A model generated the notes under the pieces. That model did not search any database. It saw only the letters and a list, made by a program, of their open reading frames with translations, and was not told where the DNA came from. A stretch of 64,000 nt of DNA from Octopus vulgaris (taxonomy: Eukaryota), in the NCBI GenBank assembly GCA_951406725.2, contig OX597821.1:17980001-18044000 (forward strand). Reading direction: 5' to 3'. Every line of letters starts with the position of its first letter. Within the stretch, counting starts at the first letter, position 1. Of the stretch, positions 45,204-58,760 are shown in pieces. The translations under genes and the position numbers were made by a program.

Positions 45204-48200
45204 CGAGGGCCGTTCAATAAGTAATGCCCCTGACCCACTTGACCAACTTGCAGTTGTTTGATCTAGCTGAAATTTTGCATGTGCAAAATACCTCTATAGA
45301 TTAAGTGGCGAATTACAGCTCTGAGCTAGTTAGTTAGTTAGTTAATTTGGCTCAAAAGCAAATAGCAAGGCCATGTAGGGGGACATGGAGTTAAGTACAG
45401 AGTGGTGTTCATGTAAAGAGTTCAGGCCACTTGAGGTCAAGGGAGGCTTTGAACAAAGCGGTCGTCGGCATCTTCACCATCTCGTCTGGCAGCTTGTTCC
45501 ACGGATCCGCAACCCGGACGGAGAAAGCTCCTCTCCTTCGATTGAGATGAAATCGTCGCAGGTAGAGCTTTTCGGAATGACCCCGCAGCCGACGCTCTGG
45601 AGCAGGAGTGAAGAACAGCTCTTTCGAGAGGTTACACTTTCCGCTTATGATGTTGTGGGCGAGAATGAGATCACCACGGCGGCGGCGTTTTTCAAGAGAA
45701 TAAAGGTCGAGCGTCCTCAGCCTTTCTTCGTAGGACAAATTTTTGAGACCATGAACCATGCGGGTAGCCAGCTTCTGGACTCTTTCGAGATGCTGTATGT
45801 CTTTGAGGAGATAAGGAGAAGAGGCTTGAATCCCGTACTCCAATATGGGTCTCACCAGCGTGACATAGAGTGGTAGGAATATGGCTGCTGTGAGCATTCC
45901 GAATGACCGTCGAATCAAGAACAGAATTCCGCGTGCTTTGTTGGCAGCATGGACGCACTGGGCCGAAGGCGAAAAGGAGGAATCCACCAAGATACATAGG
46001 TCCTTTACCTGATCGGTCCTCTCCAGCAGCAGACGACCCGGCTCGAAATCAAGTTGAGTTGCAGGAGTAGAGCCGACAGGCAGATGACAGCACTTTGACA
46101 CGTTCAGACACAGGTCCCAATTGTTAGACCACTTCCAAATTTGGTGGAGGCATCGACGAAGATCCTCTATATTACCGCGAGGAGCGACCAGTTTGATATC
46201 GTCGGCAAATAGAAGGGTGTGTTGCGTGAGGTCGTCGGGCAAGTCATTTATGAAGACTAAGAACAACAAGGGCCCAAGCACTGAACCTTGAGGCACGCCA
46301 CTGCTCGCACTGGAGACGTCGGACCGCGAACCATTAACTTGGACTTGGAAGGAGCGATCTGAGAGGAAGGCACCAACCCATCCGGATGGAAACTATATGC
46401 TTGAAGCTTGACAAGCAATAGGCGGTGGTTTACCGAGTCAAAAGCTTTGGCAAAGTCCAGTAAAACGATGTCAACAGCATCACTATCATCGAGGATGCGC
46501 GTCACCAATTCTTCCATTACTAGTAGGTTGGTCAAGCATGATCTCTTCGGCACGAAGCCGTGTTGGGAATCAGAGATAGAGGCTGTGTTTAGGAGGTGGA
46601 GCATCATACTTTTCTTAAGGATGGTTTCGAACATCTTGTAAAGGAAACCGGTCGGTAGTTAAGCGGGTCTTCGCGGCTCCCTTTCTTGAAAATAGGGCAG
46701 ATTATCGCTGTTCTCCAGTCTGCAGGTATAACACCCGTCGCCAATGACATATTGAATAGTCGTGTTAAGGGCTCGCAGATGACCGGAGCCAACGCTTTGA
46801 TAACCCGTGGGTGTATGCCGTCAGGGCCGTGACCTTTGTTGACATCGAGGCCTTGAATAACACGTTTGACTTCGTCCCGCGTGATGACCAATCGAAGCAT
46901 TGGAGGTACCGATCTATCAAATGGAGGAGGTTCACGACCATCATCTTGTTTGAAAATAGTTGAAAAAGCCTCGGCAAATAATTGACTCTGTTGATAAGGG
47001 TCCTCAATCGATACGCCTGTTGAGTCTACCAACGTTGCAATCTGGTTGTTCAAGCGGGAATTCCGCTGGACATGGGCAAAGAAGGTTTTTGCATTGCTAC
47101 TGGCATTTGCCGCGATTTTGTATTCGTAACTGAAGCGTTCTTTCTTTTCAATTTTCACGGCTCGGTCTCGTTGAGTTTTGTACACCTCAAAAGCTGCAGT
47201 CGAATCCAGATTTTTGAATTCAGCCCAAGCAATATCTCTGAGTCGACGTTCTCGTTTAACCCTCTTCGTCACCCAGGGCTTGTGTTTCTTCCTCTTGGGG
47301 AGCCCAACGGGAACTGCCTGGTCAGTCAAACAGATTACATATGCTTTGAGGGATGACCATAGTTCGTCAACTGAGGACAACGTCATCAGGGATCGCCAGT
47401 CCAGAAGCGCGGAAGCCTCGGTTAGAATTTCAAGATTAATTGCAGAGAAGACTCTACGTGGCAGCGAAGTAGTCGTGGGCGTAGAAAAAGTTGTGTGCAT
47501 GACGAACTTCAGGACCGCATGATCACTCTTGGCAAGAGGGGCGCACACAGATACGTCTGACACTGATCTTGGATAGCGGGAGAATACCAGATCTAGCATA
47601 GATGGCTGCTGCCCAGACCGATGCCTTGACGGATATTCAACATGTTGCGATAGAAAACAATCTTCAGCCACGTCAAGAAGGGCCTGGCCGAACCGGGAAG
47701 ATGTTGTACAAATTGATGCGGGCCAATCGATCGTGGGAGCGTTGAAGTCTCCTAGTACCAAACAGTCATGCGAAGCTGAAACGAATCTTATCGCTTCGAG
47801 TAAATGAGCATCGTTCTGGGGGTCGGCAAGAGGCGGCCTGTAGACAGCCAACACGGGCAGGCAAAACTCAGATAGGCTCAGCTTGCAATAGACGGCATCG
47901 AATTTTGTTGTAGGCTGAGCATTAGTGGGTAGAATACCGCTAGACGGTTTGTGCTCAGACTTAACATACACAGCAACACCTCCACCTCGCCTTTTTCCTC
48001 TGTCACATCTGAAAAGGACGTAGCCCTGCAGGTGGATTTCTGAGTCTTTTACTGCTGGAGTCAGCCAAGTCTCGGTGATAGCTATCACATCAGGGGAGTC
48101 ACGTATGGCCAGTGTAAATAGTTCACTGAACTTTGGGAATAAGGAGCACGAGTTGGTGTAGACGATGCTGAGCTGTGAAGTCTGAGGGGCGGGAGTTGGG

Positions 48201-50378
48201 GAGCAAGCAGAATAAGGGGTATCAGAGATAGCATCGTTGACGGGGGTATCAACTTCACTTCGATTTGCCCTCACATCACTTTCCCTGTCAGCACTACAGC
48301 ATGGGACCAGAGGTAGGACTTGATTATCTGTCCATCTTGGATTCGTAAACACTTCTCTCCCATTTGTTTCCTCATCTTTAGTTCGGATAACAGGTTTCTC
48401 CGGCGAATTCTCTCTCTTAGTGAGTATTCCTCGCGAAAACCCATATTGGGGTCCTCCCAGGCATGCGTCTGAGCTCTGTTCAGAAAGACTGAAGCCTCCC
48501 GATCAGAAGAAAAGATTACCCTTATTGGGCGTGGTCTAGTATCTGCGGTTGGGTTCGCTTGGAATCTTCCTAGCCGAGGGACCTTAAGGACACTGACCTT
48601 TTCGTTCACGGAGAACAATTCTCCAACCAAAATGGAAACAAAATTAATGTCATCTTTTAGGCGGTTTATGCCTGTATCACGGGTGGATTCAGCTTTACCG
48701 TAAATTATTGCTGATCTTGAGTGGGCAAAATGTTCTCTACTATGAGCTGTGGTATTCGATTCTTCATTGGAGGATTTCGAAAGGGTGGTTTCATAGCCAT
48801 CGGACTTATGTCGGCCTGTGGGGTCGATCGGAATGGGTTTAGTGGTCATAATTTTCCCGCCTGGTTTGGAACTGCACTGCCTCTTCTTCGGTTTGGGGGA
48901 GCGCCACTCCCCAGATGAACTCACATCGAGATCGTTCAGAATTGGTTGAGCAATGGCATTAATGGGAAGGACAGGTGAGGGAGAATCCAAACGGATTTTA
49001 TCGTGATCAGGTTTCATAGCCAAATCTGCCCCTCTGGAGTTTTGACTACGTTTCTTCTTTTGGGGAGAACAACGGTCTTCAGGTGGGTTTGAGTCTACGC
49101 TCCTCAAATTAGGTTGGGGAACCTCCGGGACCGAAAAGGCAGATGAGGAAGAATCCGCACAGGAACGATCATGTGCAGAAACGACCGCCGGTTCCTTCGC
49201 CTTCTTTGGCCGCTTCGATTTTGTTCCCTAAATGTGGTTTCTAATTTACAGGTGTTTGAACTGAGTCAAGTGTGAAATGGAGCCTGTTGAGTGTCGAGCA
49301 GTGATCTGGTTTTTGTATTTGAAAGGACGCACACCACAGGAGACTTTTGATGAAATGAAAGTAACTTATGGTGATGGTGCCCCATCATATGACTTGTAAA
49401 ACGCTGGCATTGTGAATTCAAACATAGTCGGAACTCTGTGGAAACAGCTCCCAGATCTGGTCGCCCCCTTCTGCCGTTGATGAGACGTCTGTCCGTCAAT
49501 TTGAGGCTGCCATTTTGGAAGGTCAACGCATAACTATTCGCCAAATAGCCCATAAGGTCAAGATTAGTACCGGGTCTGTGGAAACTATCATTCATGACCA
49601 TTTGCATATGCAAAAGGTGTCTGCCAGATGGATTTCCAGGTTGCTCACACCTTTCCAGAAGCAAGAACGCGTTGAGTGCTCGAGGATGAATTTGGAGATG
49701 TGCCAAGAAGATGAGTCAAAATTTTTCAAAAGGCTGATCACACAGGATAAAACCTGGGTCCATCACTATGATCCATAGACCAAAGCCCAGTCAATGCAGT
49801 GAAAGCACCGTGACTCACCTCCTCCAAAGAAGGCAAGGGTGCAGCCCTCCGCTGACAAGGTTATGCTCACAGTCTTCTGGGACCAGGACGGAGTAATGAT
49901 GACAGATTTCCTGGCAAAGGGTACCACAATTACAGGAGCCTATTATGCTTCACTTTTGAGGAAATTAAGAGAAGCTATCAAAATCAAGAGGCGGGGCAAG
50001 ATCAGCAGAGGCATCCTCCTCCTGCAGGACAACGCTCCGGTCCACAACTCGCGTGTCGCCAGATCAGAAGCACAGGCGTGCAGCTATGAACTCCTCCCCT
50101 TGCACTCTCTGATTTTCACCTCTTCCCAGCCATGAAGTTGATTTTGAAAGGAAAGCGTTTCCCAAATGATGCAGCCTTGATTTCTGAAGTCACATCGTGG
50201 TTGGAGGACCAAGCTGGGGTCTTCTACAAAAACGGTCTCCAGAGCTGTATCAAACGATGGGAGAAATGCATAACTCTAGGTAGTTCCTATGTAGGAAAAG
50301 ATTAATAACTGTGCCAAGTTTCGTTGCTCTACTGCTATGGGAAGTGGGTCAGGGGCATTACTTATTGAACGCCCCCCG
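45204..50378 (+). mobile_element. Mariner DNA transposon (TA TSD, ~37-bp TIRs) interrupted by a CR1 LINE; decayed transposase at ~49277-50305
   Basis: ta|cgagggccgttcaataagtaatgcccctgacccactt ... aagtgggtcaggggcattacttattgaacgccccccg|ta. MEPVECRAVI, KVSARWI, TQDKTWVHHYDP, LQDNAPVH. Confidence 0.9.
45329..49227 (-). mobile_element. CR1-clade LINE: 5'-truncated ORF1 (48271-49227) and frameshifted ORF2 (48352-45409)
   Basis: ORF1 RLGRF..RPRPIRVIF. ORF2 AITETWL, GDFNAP, SDH, NYRPVS, DFAKAFDSV, PQGSVLGPLLF, FADD, SLEKRRRRGDL. (TAAC)n tail; possible TSD cta. Confidence 0.9.
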
Positions 50379-50394
50379 TATATGAATATATATA

Positions 50395-50444
<50 letters not shown>

Positions 50445-50490
50445 TATATATATGTATACACACACACATATATATATGTATATATATATA

Positions 50491-50583
<93 letters not shown>

Positions 50584-51084
50584 TATATATGAATATGTAT
50601 ATATATAGATATGTGTGTGTATATATATATATATATATAAGGGAGAAGATTTGGGTCAACAGAGGACATGAAGTAAAACTCGATGGTACAGTTCTACATC
50701 ATCTCAAAATGTGATTTCCAGCAGTGGCAGGAACGCTAGCAGAAATGTTTAGACTCTTAAGGTGGATACTTTGAAGGAGGCTAAATCAAAATGGCGAGCT
50801 TTTTAATATTAAGATCGGATAATTTTTTTACTACACTTCATTTTTAAAAATATAGGAATACACTTTATCGGTTTCACATTAGATCTTCAAAGTGCGTAGT
50901 ATCCGAAACTGTATCGCGAATTATGTTTATTCTGGCGTTTGTTATAAAAAAAATACTTTGTTTTCAGAGTGGGAATGTGACTCAGAAGATACAAATTGAT
51001 TGATAGCATTCATGTATCAAGCTTATGCGACAGTTGAACCAGAAAGGTTACATGAAAGCGTTTCTTCATAGAAGATATCATATG

Positions 51085-51472
51085 GATGGATGGAAGCACT
51101 CCGTCGGTTACGACGACGAGGGTTCCGGTTGATCCGATCAACGGAACAGCCTGCTCGTGAAATTAACGTGTAAGTGGCTGAGCATTCCACAGACACGTGC
51201 ACCCTTAACGTAGTTCTCGGGGATATTCAGCGTGACACAGAGAGTGACAAGGCCGGCCCTTTGAAATACAGGTACAACAGAAACAGGAAGTAAGAATGAG
51301 AGAAAGTTGTGGTGAAAGAGTACACCAGGGATCACCACCATCCCCTGTCGGAGCCTCGTGGAGCTTTAGGTGTTTTCGCTCAATAAACATTCACAACGCC
51401 CGGTCTGGGAATCGAAACCGCGATCCTACGACCGCGAGTCCGCTACCCTAACCACTGGGCCATTGCGCCTCC
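51085..51472 (-). mobile_element. Full-length tRNA-derived SINE with a 55-bp flanking direct repeat (51030-51084 / 51473-51527)
   Basis: Head ggaggcgcaatggcccagtggttagg...ggtttcgattccc; (ccat)n tail. Confidence 0.88.
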
Positions 51473-51637
51473 ACAGTTGAACCAGAAAGGTTACATGAAA
51501 GCGTTTCTTCATAGAAGATATCATATGACAGCTCGTAAAGAGAGGTATGAATATTATTCTATCGAAGAATAATGTTATCAAGTAGTGTTAGTTCCCTTCC
51601 ATAGGACATGTTAAAACATATCCCTTCTTTGTTAATA

Positions 51638-52045
51638 GGCGCTGTGTGGTAAGTAGCTTGCTTACCAACCACTTGGTCTCGGGTTCGGTTCCACTGCGTG
51701 GCACCTTGGACAAGTGTCTTCTGCTATAGCCACGGGCCGAACAAAACCTATTGAGAGGATTTGGTAGATGGAAACTGAAAGAAGCCGTCGTAAATGTATA
51801 CATATATATATATATATATATGCATGTGTATATGTTTGTGTGTCTATGTTTGTCCTCACAACAACGCTTGACAACTGATGTTGGTGTGTTTAAGTCCCCG
51901 TAATTTAGCGGTTTAGCAAAAGTGACCGATAGAATAAATACTAGGCTGACAAAAAATAAGTCCTGGGGTCAATTTGCTCGACAAAAGGCGGTGCTCCAGC
52001 ATGGCCGCAGTCAAAATGACTAAAACAAGTAACAAAATAAAAGAA
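51638..52045 (+). mobile_element. tRNA-derived SINE (family of 37389)
   Basis: gctgtgtggtaagtagcttgcttaccaacc...ggcggtgctccagcatggccgcagtc. Confidence 0.85.
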
Positions 52046-52518
52046 GAAAAATGTAGAGAAAGGAAGATAAAGTAAATAAAATAAATGATTGCTGCTACAT
52101 ATTTTTTTTTTTCAGAACGACCCCAAGTAGACATTGTACAATAGTGGATTCTAAGGAAAAGGAGAATCGTGTTTTTTTTATAGCCTGTTCAGTAGGGGCT
52201 TTAAAAAACTAACTTCCCTTATTAATTCTAGTCTGGAGTATCGTTACACATTCATAGAATGAAAAGACAAGATATTTGAAACAGCGCAAAACAGTGATGT
52301 AAAATAAACAAACTTTAGGTTAGTTAAAATATATTGTGACATATTTCAACTAAATAAAGATTGACTGCAGCTACCGTGGAGAAAAAAGTTTTCGATTTTA
52401 CCATAAGCGAGAAATTTTCCTATATGGCAACTATAGTGAATCTGTCTTTAGAAATTGAAATATGTTCCAAACATATTTTAGCTAACCTAAAGTTCATATA
52501 TATATATATATATGTGTG

Positions 52519-52581
<63 letters not shown>

Positions 52582-52588
52582 TATATAC

Positions 52589-52622
<34 letters not shown>

Positions 52623-52664
52623 GTATATATATATATATACATATATATACGTATATATATATGC

Positions 52665-52697
<33 letters not shown>

Positions 52698-52754
52698 TGT
52701 GTGTATATATATATATGTGTGTATGTGTATATATATATGTATATATATATATGC

Positions 52755-52800
<46 letters not shown>

Positions 52801-52803
<3 letters not shown>

Positions 52804-53098
52804 GGAGTAAACACATAAATGTGAAACAAGGTGGAAAAAAGAGTACTCAAATACCAGTGGTAGGGTAATATGCTTTATTTAAAAGCAGCAGAAAATTCAA
52901 CAAAACATGTTACTCTGAGTTTCACGTTCCCGTTCGTCGGACAGTTTTTTTGAAAAATTCAACAAAACCTGTTACTCTGAGTTTCACGTTCCCGTTCGTC
53001 GGACAGTTTTTGCTAGCAAAAAAACTGTCCGACGAACGGGAACGTGAAACTCAGAGTAACAGGTTTTGTTGAATTTTCTGCTGCTTTTGAATAAAGTA
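52801..53098. mobile_element. Miniature fold-back PLE end with three hammerhead-like motifs: tandem pair on - (52907-52944, 52969-53006) and one on + (53025-53062)
   Basis: Centre tttttgctagcaaaaa; unpaired tail 52801-52872; (TA)n flanks. Confidence 0.8.
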
Positions 53099-53181
53099 TA
53101 TATATATATATAGGTGGTGCTATTAAGTTAGACATGGCCTGGGCCAATAATGGCCGAAACCTATCAAAGTATCAAAGTATA

Positions 53182-53218
<37 letters not shown>

Positions 53219-53417
53219 GTACGTCCCGGGTTGAGTCGGGGTTAACCACAGTAAATAAGGTACTCAATACATAGCAGAGTAAATTAATTTATTTTATTTT
53301 ATAGAAGGAGCTTCTACAGGACTAGAACTGTTTCATTCAAAAGAAATCATCAGAGCTTCCTGATGATTTCTTTTGAATGAAACAGTTCTAGTCCTGTAGA
53401 AGCTCCTTCTATAAAAT

Positions 53418-53423
<6 letters not shown>
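53219..53423. mobile_element. Miniature version of the 9.4-kb palindrome: tail 53219-53289, arms 53290-53353 / 53360-53423, complete hammerhead at 53354-53404 (+)
   Basis: agcttc-CTGATGA-tttcttttgaat-GAAA-cagttctagtcctg-TA-gaagct. Tail is the reverse complement of 16851-16920 with few changes. Confidence 0.88.
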
Positions 53424-53484
<61 letters not shown>

Positions 53485-53711
53485 GAAACTAAACATTTGT
53501 GTTAATTGTTTAAAGTAAATTTTGGCAATCCTATTTTAATATAAGAATAGAACGGAAATACGTGCCAGTTAAGAATACAAAGTTACAGAAATTAGTTATA
53601 TTCTCAGTTTCAGTTACAAACCCTTGACGTGAGCTAAACTCATTGTCCTCTTAACTTTGCGACGTTAAGTATCTCTCTTCATCTATCAATTTATCCATAC
53701 TCATAAGTTGT

Positions 53712-53910
53712 CGAGCTGGCAGAAACGTTAGCACGCCGGGCGAAATGCTTATTTCGTCTGTCTTTATGTTCTGAGCTCAAATTCTACCGAGGTCGAGTTT
53801 GCTTTTCACCCTTCGGTGTCGATAAATTAAGTACTAGTTGCGTACTGGGGTCGATCTAATCGACTTGTCCCTCTCCGAAAACTTCGGGCCTTGTGCCTAG
53901 AGTAGAAAAG
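53712..53910 (+). mobile_element. SINE (family of 4959)
   Basis: cgagctggcagaaacgttagcacgccgggcgaaatg...ccttgtgcctagagtagaaaag. Confidence 0.8.
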
Positions 53911-54419
53911 CATTTATGCATACTCAAACGGCAATAAAATACAAGTACTTGGATTATATTGTCGCTTGTTTTCCTTACCAATAGAAGCCCATATTCTTCC
54001 TGCTTGATTTACTTCTCAGCCTTTGGCAATGTATTGAAGGCTAAGGACCTAGTGGTTAGAGTGTTGCAGTCACGATCACAAGGTCGGGGTTTCGGGCAGC
54101 GGTCCCGGTAGCAAGTTGTGTTCTTAAGTAAAATACTTCATTTCACGTTGCTCTAGTGCTTCATAGGATTGGCATGCAAAAGAATAATCCCAACACTTGC
54201 TCTGCTTGTAAGAGACAGCTAAAAGCGGTTGAGGTTGGATTTGCACTCCGGCCTCGTAAAACCCTCTCTAGTACCCAAATAGACCCATGCATTGGAGAGT
54301 TGTCGCTTGAGAGGTGCAAAGGCGTCATCTACGTAGGGAATCCTCATGCGGTGACGTCCTGCTACAGAGTAGTGGTATGGGTACATACCACTACTACTGT
54401 TACTTTTGCAATATTAACA

Positions 54420-54604
54420 TATATTGGTTTCAAATTTGGGCACAAAGCCAGCGATTACATTGAGCCCGGTGCTCAACAGGTGCTTATTTTATCGACCCCA
54501 AAAGGTGAAAGGCAAAGTCAACCTCGGTGGAATTTAAACTCAGAACGTCAAGACGGACGAAATACCGCTAAGCATCTCGTCCGGCATGCAAACGCTTCTG
54601 CCAA
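54420..54604 (-). mobile_element. Degenerate SINE (family of 4959)
   Basis: ttatcgaccccaaaaggtgaaaggcaaagtcaacctcggtggaatttaaactcagaacg. Confidence 0.7.
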
Positions 54605-54672
54605 CTTACCACCTTAATGTGAACATTTTTATTTTGCTCGTTTCATTCATTAGACTACGACCATGCTGGGAT

Positions 54673-54756
<84 letters not shown>

Positions 54757-54784
54757 TGTGTATGTATGTATGTATATATGTATC

Positions 54785-55130
54785 TACGTAAAGCTGGACT
54801 CAAGAGTCATCTTCGTAGTCATAAAACGAGACAGATGAGTGATAACCTGGCCATTGGTGGTGGTGTAACACACCATACTAATCATATCTGTTGGGCATGT
54901 GGAAGAGAGTGTAATTCGGCAGGAGGGCTTAAACGACATGCAAAGGTACATGAAGCCCAGTTACAACTACAGCCGGCTATTACCGTTAAAGGTTTTAGTT
55001 GCCAATTCTGTACAAGACATTGTAGATCTTTAGCTGGGCTAAAAAGTCACATTCGATCACAGCACCAATAACAGTTAAGCTTCCTGCAATGGCCATACTT
55101 GATAACGAGGGGGCAGCCTTAATAATAATA
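54785..55130 (+). mobile_element. 3' end of an RTE-like LINE encoding C2H2 zinc fingers
   Basis: AGLKSHLRSH, CWACGRECNSAGGLKRHAKVH, CQFCTRHCRSLAGLKSHIRSQH*, short UTR, (taa)n tail. Confidence 0.6.
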
Positions 55131-55151
55131 ATTTATCTATGTATGTATGTG

Positions 55152-55198
<47 letters not shown>

Positions 55199-55249
55199 GT
55201 TGGCGATTTTTTCCTCCGTCTCCCCTTCCTTGGATCTTTCCTTTTTCTA

Positions 55250-55285
55250 TCTTTCTGACGAAGAGCTCCGCTCGAGACGTTAAAT
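55250..55285 (+). ncRNA. Degenerate minimal hammerhead in a pseudo-LTR fragment (~55195-55370)
   Basis: cttt-CTGACGA-agagctccgctc-GAGA-cg-TT-aaat. Confidence 0.5.
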
Positions 55286-55364
55286 CCTCCTTATTTCTTT
55301 TTTTCCTGAGTGTCCATTAACAGTATACTTGTTCCACGTTCTCTTAGTGTTTTCATGTTTGGAT

Positions 55365-55407
<43 letters not shown>

Positions 55408-55741
55408 TTACTATAAAATTGGATTCTTCCCTGTAAGTTTGGATTTATTCCCTAATATTTTATTATTAATTAATATATTGATAAATTACGTATATTGAGT
55501 GTAATATCTCAACTTCGTAAATTATGGAATTTACAGGTAAAATAGAACCGCTATTTTGGAATTCATCATTGAAGGATATTCCAGTACCTTAATCTTATGT
55601 ATTGGCTTGAGTTTTTCATTGTATGATTTGCCTAATAGTGGTTTTATCTCTAATTTAATATAATATATATATATATATATTTTCCTTCTTTCAGATTTCT
55701 CAATCTCAGTCTTGCAGAAATATTCAAAACCAAAATTCAAG

Positions 55742-56294
55742 ATGGAAATGTCAACCGCAAAGTTGTTAATATTTTCTTTGTCTTTTATTGCATGTTTCCC
55801 TGTTAATGAAACGGTAATATGTACCTATAATGTGTGCTCGTTTCATGACCCATGCAAGAATGGAGGAACCTGTAAACCAAATAGTGAATGCAAAGCAGCA
55901 TGCATCTGTCCGCCGGAGGTCGATGGAAAACATTGTCAACATAGAAAATCACCCAAACGTTGTACAAATGAATGCACGCCAGACACATGCCATAATCACG
56001 GCAACTGCACATTTGATACAGAAAGTTGCAATATGGAATGCAAGTGTGAGTCTGGCTATACAGGAAAAAAATGTAATCATGAAAGGTGCGACGCAATGGT
56101 TTGCGTTCATGGTTCTTGTAAGAAAATCAATAATGTGAGGTCTAAATGTCAATGTGATGATGGTTGGATTGGAGAGACGTGTAATATAGGTTGTACCCGC
56201 AACTGTTTACATGGAGAATGTTTCCTACACCGTGGAGAGGAAATATGTGCCTGTGAGGGCCATTATAAGCCAGATTCAAATTGCACCGAAGAAG
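55742..56294 (+). CDS. EGF-TM-TIR receptor, coding exon 1: signal peptide plus 4 EGF-like repeats
   Basis: MEMSTAKLLIFSLSFIACFP; PCKNGGTC..CICPPEVDGKHC; CHNHGNC..CKCESGYTGKKC; CVHGSC..CQCDDGWIGETC; CLHGEC..CACEGHYKPDSNC. Donor GAAG|GTCAGT, 553 nt, phase 1. Confidence 0.9.
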
Positions 56295-56551
56295 GTCAGT
56301 GAAAGTCTTTTAAAATATTATCATTACATCTTATTACAGTTTATATTGAATTGTACTTTATGATATGTATAGACGGGAGGAAGAAGTAATGCCTACGTGT
56401 TTCAATTGCCGTTTAATATCGGTCAGATTAACAGATTGCTGTTTTGTTTGTATAGTTGTGGTCAACGTCTGCAGGAAAGATTATGTGCATATACTACATA
56501 CACACACATGCACCCACACACGCACACGCACACTCACACGGATATGCATAC

Positions 56552-56785
56552 AGGCGGCGAGCTGACAGAAACGTTAGCGCGCCGGGCGAAATGCTTAGCG
56601 GTATTTCGTCTGTCGTTACGTTGTGAGTTCAAATTCCGCCGAGGTCGACTTTGCCTTTCATCCTTTCGGGGTCGATAAATTAAGTACCAGTTGCCCACTG
56701 GGGTCGATGTAATCGACTTAATCCTTTTGTCTGTCCTTGTTTGTCCCCTCTGTGTTTGTCCCCTTGTGGGTGGTAAAGAAATAGA
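56552..56785 (+). mobile_element. Intronic SINE (family of 4959)
   Basis: ggcggcgagctgacagaaacgttagcgcgccgggcg...gataaattaagtaccag. Confidence 0.82.
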
Positions 56786-57267
56786 TATGCATACAGATAC
56801 GCATATCTTTTCCTGTGTGTGAGTAGATGCAGTACGGCTGACAGATTAAGAATCTCGTTTGCAATCATGAGGCTCGTATTCAATAACACTGCAAGGCGTG
56901 TAATCTAAGGGACAAAAGCCCCGAGTCGGCACAAAGTTTTTATGTGAAATGGTGAGATGGATATATCAGGAAGCTGGTCGGATGAATTGTAGACGTAATT
57001 GTAAACGTCATACTGAGTCACGCTGAGTGTTATATGAAAATAGTTTCGAAATAGTTTTCTCCTTTCTGGTTTTGAGAAAGATTGGTACTTTAAGCAGATT
57101 GATACTTTAAGTAGTGTGTTACATATCCCAGAGCCCCAATATGTACGCATGTATGCATATATGTATGTATGTACGTATGTATGTATGTATGTATGTATGT
57201 ATGTATGTATGTATGTATGTATGTATGCATGTATGTATGTATGGATATATGTATATATATATATAGC

Positions 57268-57305
<38 letters not shown>

Positions 57306-57531
57306 ACACATTTTAGAGTGGTTTGCGGGTATTTGACATCTACTTTCATTGTATCCCGCTTGTCATATCCAGTAGCCCTTAATTATAATTATATTTTATA
57401 ATTATGTTTAAAAAATTTTTTTAATCTTTACCTATACTGTCACTGTTATGCGCTAAGCCAATGATATAATCACTTTTTCATTATGTCCTTATTTTATTTT
57501 ATAGATATATGTGCGTGCGTGTGTTTGTGTC

Positions 57532-57595
<64 letters not shown>

Positions 57596-58760
57596 TGTGT
57601 GTACATATACGTATGTATAAATACATATATTATGTAGTGTAAACAGGGTTATATTCCAAGCTAACCTTTATGAAGAACATCTGCAAATTCCGGTGCTGCA
57701 AAATTGTATATTGATGTTATAATTATGTGAGGTATGCGTAAGTGTTGAAAAATACTGGAAAATAGCATGATAGAGTAATTACCTATCAAAACCTTTTAGT
57801 ATTGTTTATTCACCATTACACGTATTTCATTTGTTAAACGGAGCAACAAGTTGGTATATGTAGGAGAAACAGGCAAGGCATCTCCTATCAGATAGTGAAT
57901 CAAATAACAATGTATAATTTTATTCTCTCTCTGCTCGTGAAATTAACGTGCAAGTGATTGAGCACTCCACAAACATGTGTGCCTTTAACGTAGTTTTCAT
58001 GGAGACTCGACATGACATAGGATGTGACAAGGTTGTTTACAGATGCGACTCATTTTTGCCAGCTGAGTGTACTCGAACTCACGACCTTTGGCCGAGTACC
58101 CTAACCATCTTCCACGCGTTTGTTTGTGTTTAACGGCTTTATAAATAAAAAGATATTTTTAAGATACTCAAGCATTAGTGAAGGCAATCTCCCGAAGTCC
58201 GAGAAAAACACGGTTCTGAAATTTCTTGTAGAACAACCTGCCCAAATGATTTATTCTTACTGATCAAATGTTCGTGTTTCACATTAGCATCCTCTCTTTA
58301 TCAAACCGATGTTGCTGAACCGGTGTAATCTGTAGCATATGTTAGACGCCGAAGTGATCGTAGAGCAACATGGGATGAAGAGTTTTGCTCAAGAGAGCAC
58401 TGCGCACCACCCCACCCAGGAACTGAAATCACGATCTTGCGATCGTAAATGCAGCACTCCTAACCTCTAGGCATGTGCCATCTCAAGCATTTATGAAGTC
58501 TTCGGTTATATTATAAAAAGTACCATGCATGTCGATACCACTTGCAACGTGCTGTCTAAGAGCCACTATGCTATACGGAAATATAAGGCTAAATATCAAT
58601 TTTCCAGCCTCTCAACAATTGGACAGTCTTTGCTCCTCTTAATTTCTTAGCTTCAGACTTCCTCCGCGCAGACACTGACGACTCTTTCATCTAGATTTCA
58701 CTGTATAGTACTTACACAAATGTGTTGATTTCTAAAACCTTATTCTTGTAATCATTGCAG

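Noticed and set aside
45329-49227. Horizontal transfer of the comparatively GC-rich CR1 element
   Set aside because: Base composition alone is not evidence; it would need phylogeny and cross-species identity.
51400-51472. tRNA genes (also 37389, 44800, 54040)
   Set aside because: A/B boxes run straight into SINE bodies; no complete cloverleaf found.
54586-55071. Host C2H2 zinc-finger gene
   Set aside because: It begins in a microsatellite, has no splice acceptor and ends in a short UTR plus (taa)n, which fits an RTE-like LINE 3' end.
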